Shown here: positions 28,296 to 42,771 of the stretch, in pieces
How the letters are laid out: each line of letters opens with the position of its first letter
Position numbering within the stretch: position 1 is the stretch's first letter
From: Eledone cirrhosa
Taxonomy: Eukaryota
Length of the DNA stretch: 64,000 nucleotides
Reading direction: 5' to 3'
NCBI GenBank assembly: GCA_964016885.1
Contig: OZ024746.1
Coordinates: forward strand, 30,132,001-30,196,000
Position numbers and translations under genes: made by a program
Notes under the pieces: model-generated
Told to the model about the DNA's origin: nothing
What the model saw: only the letters and a program-made list of their open reading frames with translations
Database searches by the model: none

Positions 28296-29155
28296 ATACT
28301 GCACTATACTATATTATACTGTACTATAATGTACTATACTATAGTATACTGTACTATACTATATTATACTGTACTATACTGTACTATACTATATTATACT
28401 GCACTATACTATATTATACTGTACTATACTGTACTATACTATATTATACTGTACTATACTATATTATACTGTACTATAATGTACTATACTGTACTATACT
28501 ATATCATATTATACTATACTGTACTATACTGTACTATACTATATTATACTGTACTATACTATATTATACTGTACTATACTATATTATACTGTACTATATT
28601 ATATTATACTGTACTATACTGTACTATACTATATTATACTGTACTATATTGTACTATACTATATTGCACTATACTATATTATACTGTACTATACTATACT
28701 GTACTATATTATATTATACTGTATTGTACTATATTATGCTGTACTATATTATATTATACTGTACTATACTGTACTATACTATATTATACTGTACTATACT
28801 ATATTATACTGTACTATACTGTACTATACTGTACTATACTATATTGTACTGTACTATACTGTACTATACTGTACTATACTATACTATACTATATTATACT
28901 GTATTATACTATACTATATTATCTGTACTATACTATATTATACTGTATTTTACTGTACTATACTTTACTATACTGTACTATACCATATTATACTGTACTA
29001 TGCTACATTATACTGTACTATACTGTACTATACTATATTATAGTGTACTATAGTATATTATACTTTACTATACTGTACTACACTATATTATACTGTACTA
29101 TACTGTACTATACTATATTATACTGTACTATACTATACTATACTATACTATACTG
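28296..29155. repeat. Pentamer satellite (TATAC/TGTAC/TATAT)
   Basis: Direct inspection. Explains the Y/T/C/L-rich ORFs. Confidence 0.95.
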
Positions 29156-29241
29156 ATATCTCTGGATTCACTATTTCTAAATTTCTGTTCTTCACGTTTG
29201 ACATTCAAGTAAATTGTTATATGGACTTATATATGGAAGTG

Positions 29242-29293
<52 letters not shown>

Positions 29294-29384
29294 TAACAGA
29301 TTAAAGTTTAAGCAAAGAATCCCTGCTTTCACCCTTAACGGGATCTTCTGAAACTATATATATATGTGTGTGTGTGTGTATATA

Positions 29385-29427
<43 letters not shown>

Positions 29428-30099
29428 CCACAATGCTTCAAGCAAACTTCAATACTCTCTTATGTGTGTGTTTGTGTGTGTGTCTGTGTCTGAGTGCGTG
29501 TGTGTGTGTGCCAGCACGGGCGCGTGTGTGTATGTGTCCAACATTTCAGAAGTCTTCTTGGTAGAAAGCCATATAAAATTTACACATTTAACACATTCAC
29601 ACAAACATACAGACACACACACACATATAGAACGTGTTTGCCTGTGTGTAATGATGGTAAGTAATTGTAATAAAACGTCTCCGGGAAATCAATTTAGAAG
29701 GAATGGAGAGACTTGCTACACTTGTAGCCCAGTTAATGAACTTACGAACTTCGTCACACAAACATATATATATATACATACATATATCACCAGCACCAAG
29801 CCTATGGATACTATCAACACCAGCACTACCACCAACACCACCAACACCACCACCAGCACCAACACTATCACCAACGACAACACCAACACCAAAAACAACA
29901 CCAACATCACCAGCAACATAATCAACATCACCACCACCACCAACATCAACATCACCACCACTTACACCAAAAAACCACCACTAAAATCATCACCACCACC
30001 AACAACAACATCACCATTACGACCACCATCAGCATAACTATCATCTCCACCAACAACAACAACAACACCAACGACATCACCACAATCATTGCTACCATC

Positions 30100-30455
30100 A
30101 CCATCACTACCAACACCACCACTAACAACAACAACACGACCAACATCACTACCAACACCACCACTAACAACAACAACACGACCAACATCACTACCAACAC
30201 CACCACTAACAACAACAACACGACCAACATCACTACCAACACCACCACTAACAACAACAACACGACCAACATCACTACCAACACCACCACTAACAACAAC
30301 AACACGACCAACATCACTACCAACACCACCACTAACAACAACAACACGACCAACATCACTACCAACACCACCACTAACAACAACAACACGACCAACATCA
30401 CTACCAACACCACCACTAACAACAATAACACGACCAACATCACTACCAACACCAC
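30100..30455. repeat. 42-bp minisatellite (~8.5 units) within ACC/AAC low complexity
   Basis: Unit accaacatcactaccaacaccaccactaacaacaacaacacg. Confidence 0.92.
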
Positions 30456-30516
30456 CAACAACATCATGAAACATCACCAGCACCATTACCAACTCTTTTT
30501 TTTGTGATTATTATAT

Positions 30517-30835
30517 GTTCAAATCTCGCCGAGGTTAACTTTGCTTTTCATCCTTACGGGGTCGATAAAATAAAGTACCAGTAATGTACTGGGTAATTGA
30601 TGGCCTTGTGCCAAAAGTAGAAACAAGTATTATATGTTCAAGTGGAACTCCTCATATCACTTACCACGGCAATGACCACCTCCATCGACTAGAGCAAACA
30701 ATATCAATAATTGTTTCTACTTTAGGCACAAGGCCAGCAATTACCCAATGCATTACTGGTACTTTATTCTATCGACCCCGGAAGGATGAAACGCAAAGTT
30801 AACCTCGGCGGAATTTGAACTCAGATCATACAGGG
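30517..30835. mobile_element. Two partial SINE A copies tail-to-tail (+ 30517-30627; - 30709-30835)
   Basis: SINE core and tail on opposite strands. Confidence 0.85.
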
Positions 30836-31379
30836 AGGTAACTCTATGCTTCAAACAATATCAATAATAACAATATCAATAATATCAATAATTACATCAA
30901 CATTCCCACCAATAACAACACCAACAACAACAACAACAATACCAGTAACACCAATAGCAACAATACCAACAGAGTACACCACCACCACTGCAAACACACC
31001 CCAAACCACCAGCACAAACGTCACCAACATTACTAACAACAAACACTACCACTACAAACATTAGCAACACTACTACCACCACCACTACAAATATCACCAA
31101 CCTCACGAAATACCACTAATAGCAACAACACCAACAATGAAACACCACTACCACCACCACCACCAACAACAACAGCATCAACAACCCCACCACCACCACC
31201 ACCACCACCACCACCGCAACTGACATCATTGTCATTATCTCAAATGCCACCACCGACTCCAACACCAGCACTACCACATCAACTATCACCACCACCACCA
31301 CCATCAACAATACCACCACCACTACCACCTCTGACATCATCGCCATTACCTCCAATATCAGGTCAACAACAACAACAAC

Positions 31380-32580
31380 AACTATCACCACCACCACCAT
31401 CAACAACACCACTACCACTGACATCAATACCATTACTTCCATTGCCACCACCGACTCCAAACACCAGCACTACCACAACAACTATCACTACCACCACCAT
31501 CAACAACACCACTACCACTGACATCAATACCATTACTTCCATTGCCATCACCGACTCCAAACACCAGCACTACCACAACAACTATCACCACCACCACCAT
31601 CATCAACAACACCACTACCACTGACATCAACACCATTACTTCCATTGCCACCACCGACTCCAAACACCAGCACTACCACAACAACTATCACCACCACCAC
31701 CACCATCAACAACACCACTACCACTGACATCAACACCATTACTTCCATTGCCACCACCGACTCCAAACACCAGCACTACCACAACAACTATCACCACCAC
31801 CACCATCATCAACAACACCACTACCACTGACATCAATACCATTACTTCCATTGCCACCACCGACTCCAAACACCAGCACTACCACAACAACTATCACCAC
31901 CACCACCATCATCAACAACACCACTACCACTGACATCAATACCATTACTTCCATTGCCATCACCGACTCCAAACACCAGCACTACCACAACAACTATCAC
32001 CACCACCACCATCAACAACACCACTACCACTGACATCAACACCATTACTTCCATTGCCACCACCGACTCCAAACACCAGCACTACCACAACAACTATCAC
32101 TACCACCACCATCAACAACACCACTACCACTGACATCAACACCATTACTTCCATTGCCACCACCGACTCCAAACACCAGCACTACCACAACAACTATCAC
32201 CACCACCACCACCATCAACAACACCACTACCACTGACATCAACACCATTACTTCCATTGCCACCACCGACTCCAAACACCAGCACTACCACAACAACTAT
32301 CACCACCACCACCACCATCAACAACACCACTACCACTGACATCAACACCATTACTTCCATTGCCACCACCGACTCCAAACACCAGCACTACCACAACAAC
32401 TATCACCACCACCACCATCAACAACACCACTACCACTGACATCAATACCATTACTTCCATTGCCATCACCGACTCTAAACACCAGCACTACCACAACAAC
32501 TATCACCACCACCACCATCATCAACAACACCACTACCACTGACATCAATACCATTACTTCCATTGCCACCACCGAATCCA
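31380..32580. repeat. 100/103-bp minisatellite (~12 units)
   Basis: Recurring ccactgacatcaayaccattacttccattgccaycaccgactccaaacaccagcactaccacaacaactatc with a variable (ACC)n count. Confidence 0.93.
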
Positions 32581-33228
32581 GCACCACCATCAACAACACC
32601 ACCACACACAACCATCACCACCAATAACAAGTCCAATAACTCTAAGTGTTTCTGTTGCTGTCTTAGTCAGGTATAATTATGTAGACTGTACATTGTTAAA
32701 TGTCTGTCACTTACCCTGTCTCGAGTTCTCTAGGAAAACCGTGAAATCTCACATCTGTAATGTTATGTGAAAAGACAACGTATTAGTTATATGGACTGTG
32801 TATATATGGATTGTGTTCACTACCACATACAGATAACATATCTATTTGTGTATGGATGTGTATATAAGTATTATGTACGTATATATGCATGTATACATAC
32901 ATATATATATATGTGTGTGTGTGTGTATAATGTGTATATATTATGTATATTTGTACATACGTATCAAGGAAATTTATGTAATTTACAGGCCACACCAGTG
33001 TCGCTTTAGCTGGCCTCCTTCCATGTTTATCTCAGTTCTCCCAGATGCTTTGAAGACAAGTGTTCCAGTTCTATAATGACATACATATCTATCTTTATAA
33101 TTTGAACTAATACTGCAAAAATGCACAATTTGTGAAGTGGATGAGGTGAATTTTGTTTACAGTATTTATGGCTGTAAATACCTTTCCAAGGCAAGCTACA
33201 TTAGACATCTCTGAAAACAACAGGCCAT

Positions 33229-33604
33229 AGGTGGATTGGCAGTATCGGTAGAGGGTCGGACGCCATGCTTTCCAGCATAGTTACGTCCCTTTACGATCTG
33301 AGTTCAAATCCCGCCGAGGTTGACTTTGCCTTTCATCCTTACGGGGGTCGATAAAATAAAGTACCAGTAATGCACTGGGTAATTGCTGGCCTTGTGCCTA
33401 AAGTAGAAACAATTATGGTAGTGGATTGGCAGTATCGGTAGATGGTCGGACACCATGCTTTTCAGCATAGTTACGTCCCTTTACGATATGAGTTCAAATC
33501 CCACCGAGGTTAACTTTGCCTTTCATCCTTACGGGGTCGATAAAATAAAGTACCAGTAATGTACTGGGTAATTGCTGACCTTGTGCCAAAAGTAGAAACA
33601 ATTA
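33229..33604 (+). mobile_element. Two tandem near-full-length SINE A copies
   Basis: gtggattggcagtatcgg...gtagaaacaatta occurs twice. Confidence 0.92.
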
Positions 33605-34228
33605 TGATCCTTACAATAGATTATGTGATATTATGTGATATGAAGTTGATGTGGTGATGCTTGCAAACATTGGTGGATTACTATGGTCTGAGTATGGTGT
33701 TTGCGGTGGGTCCCATGAATCAGAGTACCTGCCTCTATACTGATGTTCACATTTCTTCTGGGGATGTCTGCAAAGATTGATGGAGCAAAACACATTGCCT
33801 AATATATAGCAGAATACATGTCTTAATCCATGTGTTAATATTTGCACACAATACTGTACACCAGGAAACAAGTGTGCATAAGACCCACACCTCTGTCACA
33901 ATGACAGGATCCCCACTTCCATCACCATGGCAATACCAGCCCTCCATCACCTTGGCAGTTCCCTACTTCTATCCCCATGGTATGACATTCCACTCCATCT
34001 CCATGGCAAGACACCCACCTCCAACACCATAATAAGATCCTACCCTCACTTCCACCGACATGGCAAAACCTCCATCTCCACCACCACTCCTCCACTACAA
34101 TGGTAATACCTCACCGCTGTTACTACGCCAACGACCCTCACATCGGCCTCCACGATTTCAATGTAGACCGCAGCATGTAAACCAAAATATGCGGGAATCA
34201 GAGATATATATTGATATAGACCAAATAT

Positions 34229-34418
34229 AATTGTTTCTACTTTAGGCACAAGGCCAGCAATTTACCCAATGCATTACTGGTACTTTATTTTATCGACCCC
34301 GTAAGGATGAAAGGCAAAGTAAACCTCGGCTTGATTTGAACTCAGACCGTAAAGGGACGTAACTATGCTGGAAAGCATGGCGTCCGACAATCTACCGATA
34401 CTGCCAATCCACCACCGC
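34229..34418 (-). mobile_element. SINE family A
   Basis: Reverse complement of the consensus. Confidence 0.9.
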
Positions 34419-34906
34419 TTAATATTAGTGGTTTTATATTAAAGTTATTTCAACATTAAATGTGAAAAGAGCCTCATTTTCTAACAACAAATTATTACAT
34501 TTGACCTTTTTTAATATATGGTTAAATAAGTGATAATGGAGTTTAATATTTCACTCCACAATTGTACCATAAATCATATAATTCAATCTGATGCTATTTG
34601 GCAGGTTTTGTATTTCACATTATTAACAAATGATCTCACCTACATCAGCGTGATTTGAAACAAATATAAAGTATAGATGTTTGCTCTGAGCTTCACAATG
34701 CTATTATTAATTGCTTTTTAATTAACAGGCCATAATTATATATAAATATATTATATTCACCTTCAATAATTATTGATTTTATTGTTATGTGTCACCTCTT
34801 GCCACTAAATGACTTAATATTTCTGAGCCATTATGTCTATAGGGTCACATTTAAGTTCAATAATTCTCTGACGCACGCACACACACACTCACATACACAC
34901 ACACTC

Positions 34907-34960
<54 letters not shown>

Positions 34961-36267
34961 CCATATATATATATGTATATATATACACAAGTATAAGTAT
35001 ATATATATATATATATATACATACAAACAGACACACTCAGTCGAATATATATATACACACATGATATATATGTATACGTAATATATGACAAATACGAGAC
35101 TATAAAGGTTAACTCATACATTATTCATTTTAACAAAGGAAAATAAATAAGATAAAGACAAACTATGCCATCATTCTCAGCAATACACATTTAGAAAACC
35201 ACATCGAAATTTATTGTTTAATATACGCTAAAAAATGTTTCTTTGATTATAATTCCTTTAGATATTTCGTTCTGTTAGTCTTTGATTATTTTGTGTTATG
35301 CCAACAGAACTCTTCCTTGAATATCTTGTGTTTACGTCTGAAATAAAAAAAAAACAGTGATGGATTCACCAGAACGTTTTAACAGATGACGCCGACAGCT
35401 TCTCTCTGGAGAGGCTTTAATTGCTCGCTAATATTTTCTTCATTATTTTTTTATTGAAAAACAAATAAATCGATTTCGGTAGCTTTTTTTTTATTAATTT
35501 TTTTCTTTTTCATATGACAGAAAGTTATCGGGAAAATATCTGAATTCATACTCTTCATTGTTTTGTTTCCAATTCATAGCTTGAAGAAAAATGTCATTAA
35601 GATGAATAAAAGAGGAACACAAAACAATTGATAGTTTACTGTGTATTCTAAATTAGAAAAAGAAAACTATTCTCTGTGGTCGTAAACTTCTAAACTGTTT
35701 CAGATTTGTCACATTATGTTATATTATAAATAGGTGGAAGTTCGTTGCAGCAGACAAAAGACTTTGCGATATTTACCTTTACATTAAATCCCGTTGAGAT
35801 CAACTTTGCCTTTTATCCGTGTGTGGGGTAAATTAAATAATATACTAGAAATATACAGTGTATGAATTAATCGACACTTATCATAAGTCTGCTAGACAAG
35901 ATCTGGCCTGGGACTAAATCAAAACTACTTTTAGTTGATACAACCATAAGAACACGGCCTGGAGCAGACCTTTCTAAATCGCGACAGCGTTTAGTTAAAG
36001 GATTTCTTTGTATAATTATTTTAGATTGTTGTATTTTTCAACACGTTTATTATTAAGTTTTAAATTTCTGGCTATATTTTAATTGTACAATCGCAATGTT
36101 TTATTTTGCAAAAAAAAAAAAAGATTATTATAATCAGTAAATAATGATTCTAAAGTTAGAATCTTGATATTTAATAAATTTCCTATTGCCCTGATGATTC
36201 CCACTCTGGAAAGATCTAAATAATCCACCCAACATGATGGGGAAGACAAGCAAGGGTAAACAACTTC

Positions 36268-36470
36268 TGCAAACAAGCCTCAATTTTATAGCCATGTCAG
36301 TAGAATGAACCCTTCATGCTTGCTCTTGTGTTCTGTTCACATGCCAACACAAGAGCAAGAATGAAGGGTTCATTCTACTGACATGGCAATAAAATTGAGG
36401 CTTGTTTGCATAATTGCAAACGAATCGAATGTTATTATTAATATTCGAAAAATTCAGATTACATTTATTA
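36268..36470. mobile_element. Fold-back cassette (arms 36268-36332 / 36346-36410), homologous to 62360-62567
   Basis: Shared cattcta.tgacatggc and gtttgcataattgcaaacgaatcgaat motifs. Ends at (TA)n. Confidence 0.78.
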
Positions 36471-36656
36471 TATATATATATACAATTCCACCAGCTGAGT
36501 GTCACAAGCAACACAATATTGATGGTTACAGACCAGCAAAGTAGTCTAGATATAGTCACTTTACCTACTAGAAATAGCAGCCAAATACCCTTCAAATAAC
36601 ACTATAATGAATATTGAAATTTGAATATATAGTTTCCACAATGTTGATAACTATAA

Positions 36657-37063
36657 TAATTGCTTCTACTTTTGGCACAAGGCCAGCAATTATACCAGTG
36701 TATTACTGGTACTTTATTTTATCGACCCCGTAAGGATGAAAGGCAAAGTTAACCTCAGACCGTCTATAATAATTGTTTCTACTTTAGGCACAAGGCCAGC
36801 AATTACTCAGTGCATTACTGGTACTTTATTTTATCGACCCCATAAGGATGAAAGGCAAAGTTAACCTCGGCGGGATTTGAACTCAGACTGTAAAGGGACG
36901 CAACTATGCTAGAAAGCATGGCGTCCGACCCTCTACCGATACTGCCACTATAATAATTGTTTCTACTTTAGGCACAAGGCCAGCAATTACCCAGTGCATT
37001 ACTGGTACTTTATTTTATCGACCCCGTAAGGATGAAAGGTAAAGTCAACCTCGGCGGGATTTG
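36657..37063 (-). mobile_element. Three tandem SINE A copies (two 5'-truncated)
   Basis: Three repeats of aattg[ct]ttctacttt[ta]ggcacaaggccagcaatta, each preceded by ctataat. Confidence 0.9.
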
Positions 37064-37329
37064 ACTATAATAATAGTTGGAAATTAGAGAAAATAGTTGA
37101 ATAAATTGGGTAAATCGGAAGGGGGGGGGGGTGACTAAGACAGCAGGCATCAGTCTCCACTTTTTTCCGATACCAGGAATACTTTATTTATTGAACTATT
37201 TTCTGCATGGTGGCAACTATATTTTTTAATTAGTTTAACCAATATAGTGTACATTTGTTTCTTGTTAGTACATTTGTTTCTTGAAGACTTGATGGCATCA
37301 TAGCAAATATTTCTATATCAGCATATAAA

Positions 37330-37590
37330 ACATGATGATGATGGTGATGATGATAATGATTACGATGATGATGATGAAGACTGTGCTAGTAACAGTGATG
37401 ATGATGATGATGATGACTATAATGATGATGATGATGATGATGATGATAATGATTACGATGATGACGATGATGATGAAGACTGTGCTATTAACAGTGATGA
37501 TGATTTTGGTAACTGTGATGACGATGATAATGATGATGATGACTATGTTGGTGGTGGTGGTAGTGGTGGTGGTGGTGGTGGTGGTGGTGG

Positions 37591-37621
<31 letters not shown>

Positions 37622-37835
37622 GCTAGTGGTGTTGGTGATAATGATGGCGTTTGTGAGGATGATGATGATGGGGGGGGGCAGAGTGATTTTCATGTGGATT
37701 AATATGATTACGATGATGATGGTGACGTTTATGTTGGTGATAATTATGATGTAGATGCTGTTGATGCTGATGATGATGCTGATGGTGAAGGGATGGTGAT
37801 GATGTTAATGATTATCATGATTATGATGATTATGT
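37330..37835. repeat. (GAT)n/(GGT)n compound microsatellite
   Basis: Direct inspection. Confidence 0.9.
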
Positions 37836-38044
37836 AGATGAGGGGGGGGGAAGGAATCCCTTTACAATGAGATTCAATGGTGCTTTATTTTATTTTGATA
37901 TTTTTATTTACTTATGTTATTTTCTTCCGAGTTGCTGAGTTTGTTTGTTGGAGTAAATATGAGGAGTGGACATGGTGGTAGTGACATGTTTGAACACTAC
38001 GATAACAAATGGAAAAAAAACATACATAAACACGCACACATGAG

Positions 38045-38047
<3 letters not shown>

Positions 38048-38096
<49 letters not shown>

Positions 38097-38103
38097 ACGC
38101 ACA

Positions 38104-38136
<33 letters not shown>

Positions 38137-38390
38137 TTACACACACACACACATACACACACACACACATACATACACACACACGTACACACACACACAT
38201 ACACACACACACACACACATACACCCACACACACACACACACATACACACACACTCACACACACTCACACACACATACACACACACACACACTTACACAC
38301 AGACACACACATACACACACACACACACTTACACACACACACGCACACACACACACATACACACACACACACTTACACACACACACACAC

Positions 38391-38430
<40 letters not shown>

Positions 38431-38460
38431 ACACACACACACACACTCACACACACACAT
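38048..38460. repeat. Long imperfect (CA)n
   Basis: Direct inspection. Confidence 0.95.
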
Positions 38461-38687
38461 TAACATATATATATGTACACGGCGAATTGGTAGAGTTGTA
38501 AGATAGTCGGATAAAAATGATTTTTGGTATTCGGTCCGGCTCCCTGCTCTCTAAATTCAAAACCCGCCGAGGTCAACGTTGCCTTTCATAATTTTGAGGT
38601 AGATAAAAATGTACCAGTTTCGTACTGTCGTCGATTCATCTTCTATGTGTCTTTCTCACTTCCTCTCTTTCACTTTCTAACCTTCGC

Positions 38688-38981
38688 ATGGATTCATTGA
38701 AGCTCCGACGTCTGGCAATGGACTTGGTGAATACCCACAAAGTTTTTAACCATCTCGCCAATTGCAACCCTGAGCGCCTCTTTGATCTCCATGTGTCTAA
38801 CACACGTGGACATGCCTACAAGATCAGAAAACAGCACAGCTCCCATGACTTTCGTAGACATTTTTTCACGCTCAGAGTTGCTGAAGCATGGAACAAACTG
38901 CCTGCGTCAATTGTTAGCTGCCGAGACACTGCATCCTTTAAGACACTCATGCTTCCCGAAATACGCCAAAACTACACCTGA
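38688..38981 (+). pseudogene. C-terminal ORF2 fragment of a CR1/L2-like LINE, with 3'UTR duplicated at ~39017-39132 and ~39354-39467
   Basis: SLKLRR..DL..HK..N...TRGH.YK....RRHFFTLRVAEAWNKLP......SFK is the characteristic C-terminal motif of this LINE group. Confidence 0.9.
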
Positions 38982-39158
38982 TGTACCCCTTCCATACACA
39001 TGCACACATGTGTGTATCATGACTCGTGCACTGTTCGTTTTACTGATGTTTGTGCATTGGCCTATGTACTGTACATGCACTTTTTTGATGAGTTGTGGTG
39101 CACCTAGGCACTGTACACAATATTTCATTATTGTTATTATTATTATATCATGACTCAA

Positions 39159-39346
39159 GGGCGGTGGATTGGCAGTATCGGTAGAGGATCGGACGCCATG
39201 CTTTCCAGCATAGTTACGTCCCTTTACGATCTGAGTTCAAATCCCGCCGAGGTTGACTTTGCCTTTCATCCTTACGGGGTCGATAAAATAAAGTACCAGT
39301 AATGCACTGGGTAATTGCTGGCCTTGTGCCTAAAGTAGAAACAATT
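39159..39346 (+). mobile_element. Full-length SINE A with target-site duplication
   Basis: attattatatcatgactca occurs on both sides. Confidence 0.93.
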
Positions 39347-40873
39347 ATTATATCATGACTCATACACTGTTCATTTTCCTGACATTTGTACATTATTCTA
39401 TGTACTATACATGCACCTTTGGTGAGTTGTAGTGCACCTGAGCACTGTACACAATAATTTCATTATTAAATCCGTAGTACTCAAGCCTGGAGAGGGATGC
39501 GCTCCGACAGGCCATGAACCGCCGTATGTCAATACGGCACCCATACGACTCCATCAGGAGTTACGTGTTTATACTGTACCATATATATATATGTGTGTGT
39601 GCGTGTGTGTGTATGCGTGTGCGTGTGCGTGTGCGTGTGCGTGTGTGAGTGTGCGTGTGTGTGTTTTCTTCCTTGAATTCTCGTACATTTTGGAATTATT
39701 TACGAAAACTTGTCTATACGTTTTACTTATTTCTCTCTAAAAGTGTCCTTTTATCTGAAATTCAATTCAACATTACTTCCATTTCTTCGTCTCTTCCCTG
39801 TCTTTGCGGTTTCTATCTATCAAATATCCTTGACACGGCATCGGTTAAACCGAGTATATGGTAAATAACACTTTATCAAAAATCCATTCCGGAAGCACAT
39901 TGTTACGAAGCGATCCCCATACACCCATTGGCGCTTCTAATTGTAGCTCTTTCATATATAGAGTGGAGGAGTAGGTATTTCCTATATACGATGTAAGTGG
40001 AAGTGTGCTCTATAAACAAACACAAATAATGGATTGAATAGAATGGTCTGCCGTCGCTTTCAACAATGAATGTACTAGTTGTACACTCATCAGAATATCC
40101 TGCTCATCAAATTCAAGCGCAAATAGTTGATCTTTCAACAAACATCTGTACCTATAACGTAATTCTCAGGGAGACTCAGAGTAACATAGTGTGTTACAAG
40201 TACACTCTACCGGACGGACTTCCACACAGTTTCACTACACCCAATGTATTGCACTGTGGTAAATGACACTTCTCAAGATGCCATGTAGTGGGTTCGAACC
40301 TGGGACCTAATGATTGTAAGTGAACTTCTTAATTGTCCGGTCATGTTACGCCCCACTAACGTTGAATATAACTCAATGTTTGTTATTGACGTTTTTAATA
40401 GTTTCTTTCCACACAACCATTCAACATCCACATTAAAAGACAAAGAAACAGCCGTCAAATTTTACACGCTACCTCCACTTGCAGCAGTGATTTATTCATG
40501 CTGACAGAGCCATTTACGAGAGTACTGTACTGCTTACTAGATCAGTGATCGTTCAATTGAAAACCTGTATTCAATAGCTTCTGTCCTTTCATTTTCTCCG
40601 GCTAACTTATTCCAGTTGGTATTTACTATAATGAAATGATTGTATATTAGTTTGAATATAAAGTTGTATTCTATTCTCTTGGCTGGCGTTCATAGCTTAT
40701 TAATCAATTTTTCCCATATCTATGGGATAAATATCTAATATAGGAATGGTTTGACAGTAAGAGGAATATCTATGAATTCAAATCAAGAAGGAACTGACAA
40801 AACTGTCAAAACTGACAAAGAAAATAGGTTGAAAGACATGCAAGTTCATAACGGCAGACGAAAATTGTCTATC

Positions 40874-40984
<111 letters not shown>

Positions 40985-41018
40985 CATATATATATACATA
41001 TACACACATATACATATA

Positions 41019-41116
<98 letters not shown>

Positions 41117-42606
41117 CATATATATATACATATACACACATATACATATATATTTATATATATATATATATATATCACGTTGCTCCACGATACTCAGCTG
41201 AAAATAAGTACCAGCAAGGTTTAACCCTGCGGTGGACTGGCATTCAGTTTTCTTATATTCTCAGTCGCCTTACGCCACTGAAACCGAGATAAGCACCGGC
41301 AGATTTAGGCTTTTATTATTATCAATGAAGGAATATCAGATCAAATAAAAATCTGAGATTAAAAAGTAGCATAGAGTAAGGCAAATCAAAGATTTATATA
41401 ATAGTGTGCGGTTTAAGACATGAAAGAAGATGATTTCTAAGTGAAGTAAGAACAACGGTAAATATTGTTTCTACAGATAAGATTAGATTACATTAGATCT
41501 ACAATGAAATATTCAATATGTTTTCTTGTAACAACTAAATTGCTCGTCACTGAGTTCTAGCTTCTAATGAAAATACTTGATCTAACTGAATGTTCAAACA
41601 TTGTACACTGCTGCCTATTTAAACAAACGGAATTATTAATAGGTCAGCGGACCCTCTTATTTATTAGTTTTAGGTGTGTTGGTGTAAATTGAATGTGTGT
41701 TTGTATTAACACAGTGCCATGTACAGGAGCGGTAATTGCAATGGCGGTCTTGCGTTACAAATGTCAGCTGATAATATGGTGAACTGGAAGATACGTTATG
41801 AGGTTGGCATAAATGCCTAATTGTGCTCTGAGTTAAAAATAACCGTTGTCAATGATGCCGTCTTCTGAAGTCGATAAATAAAGTACCAGTTCAGGAGTTG
41901 GTAACATTCATCATCTATCTTTCTTTATCGCCTTCTCTCCTACTCTGGAAGGAATCAGTTGTGTTCAGATCTGGAGAGAGATGGTCTCTGCCAAGACATA
42001 CCGTGTATCAAGTCTTCTGTGTCGCTTACGTGTAATGAGTTTGTGATACAATGCTATCTCTTAGGTATATGTAAAATGTCTACATGTTTTACTGTATGGA
42101 TGTGTTTTATATCTCTGTTTATGTAAGCAGTAAAATTGTGTTGGGAGTTGTGTAGGTATCTTTTGATAACACATTAGCAGAAATTCAAGGATTGTAGAGG
42201 GATGAAATAATTTGTAATCAATTATAATACGGTGCCGTTGTTTTTCTTTAAATGAACTGGTATCGTGCTGTGTAACCTATTTAGAGATTGTTGGCTAAAT
42301 GTTCGGTTAAACATGTGTATAGTGTAAGATTGCTGTTGAGAATTCTCATGACCAAGGATTCAGACTGTAACAAATTCAACCAAAATTCCATGGTGCCAAA
42401 GAATTAAATGAGAGGGTGAGCAAACACACAAATCAATATGATTACACAACTAACCAAAAAAAGAATGGTAATTTTTGTTGCAGACTAAATATATATCCAG
42501 ATACACGAAGTTGGTGTGGCATATGAAGCGAGTAGATATGACTATAAATTTACCTTACCATCATTATCTTTAGAATTTTAGCTTTCAAGTTCAGATTGTA
42601 TATGTA

Positions 42607-42670
<64 letters not shown>

Positions 42671-42710
42671 GTATATATATTCATATTCATATACATATGT
42701 ACCGATATAC

Positions 42711-42771
<61 letters not shown>

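Noticed and set aside
28106-29156. 300-aa Y/T/C/L ORFs
   Set aside because: Pentamer satellite that lacks stop codons.
29366-32611. Mucin-like Thr/Pro-rich ORFs
   Set aside because: The 100/103-bp units shift frame. The 42-bp array is in frame but is embedded in ACC/AAC low complexity with no exon evidence.
36185-36225. CTGATGA ttcccactctg GAAA gatc TA
   Set aside because: Palindromic stem III, but no stem I next to the core and a poor stem II.
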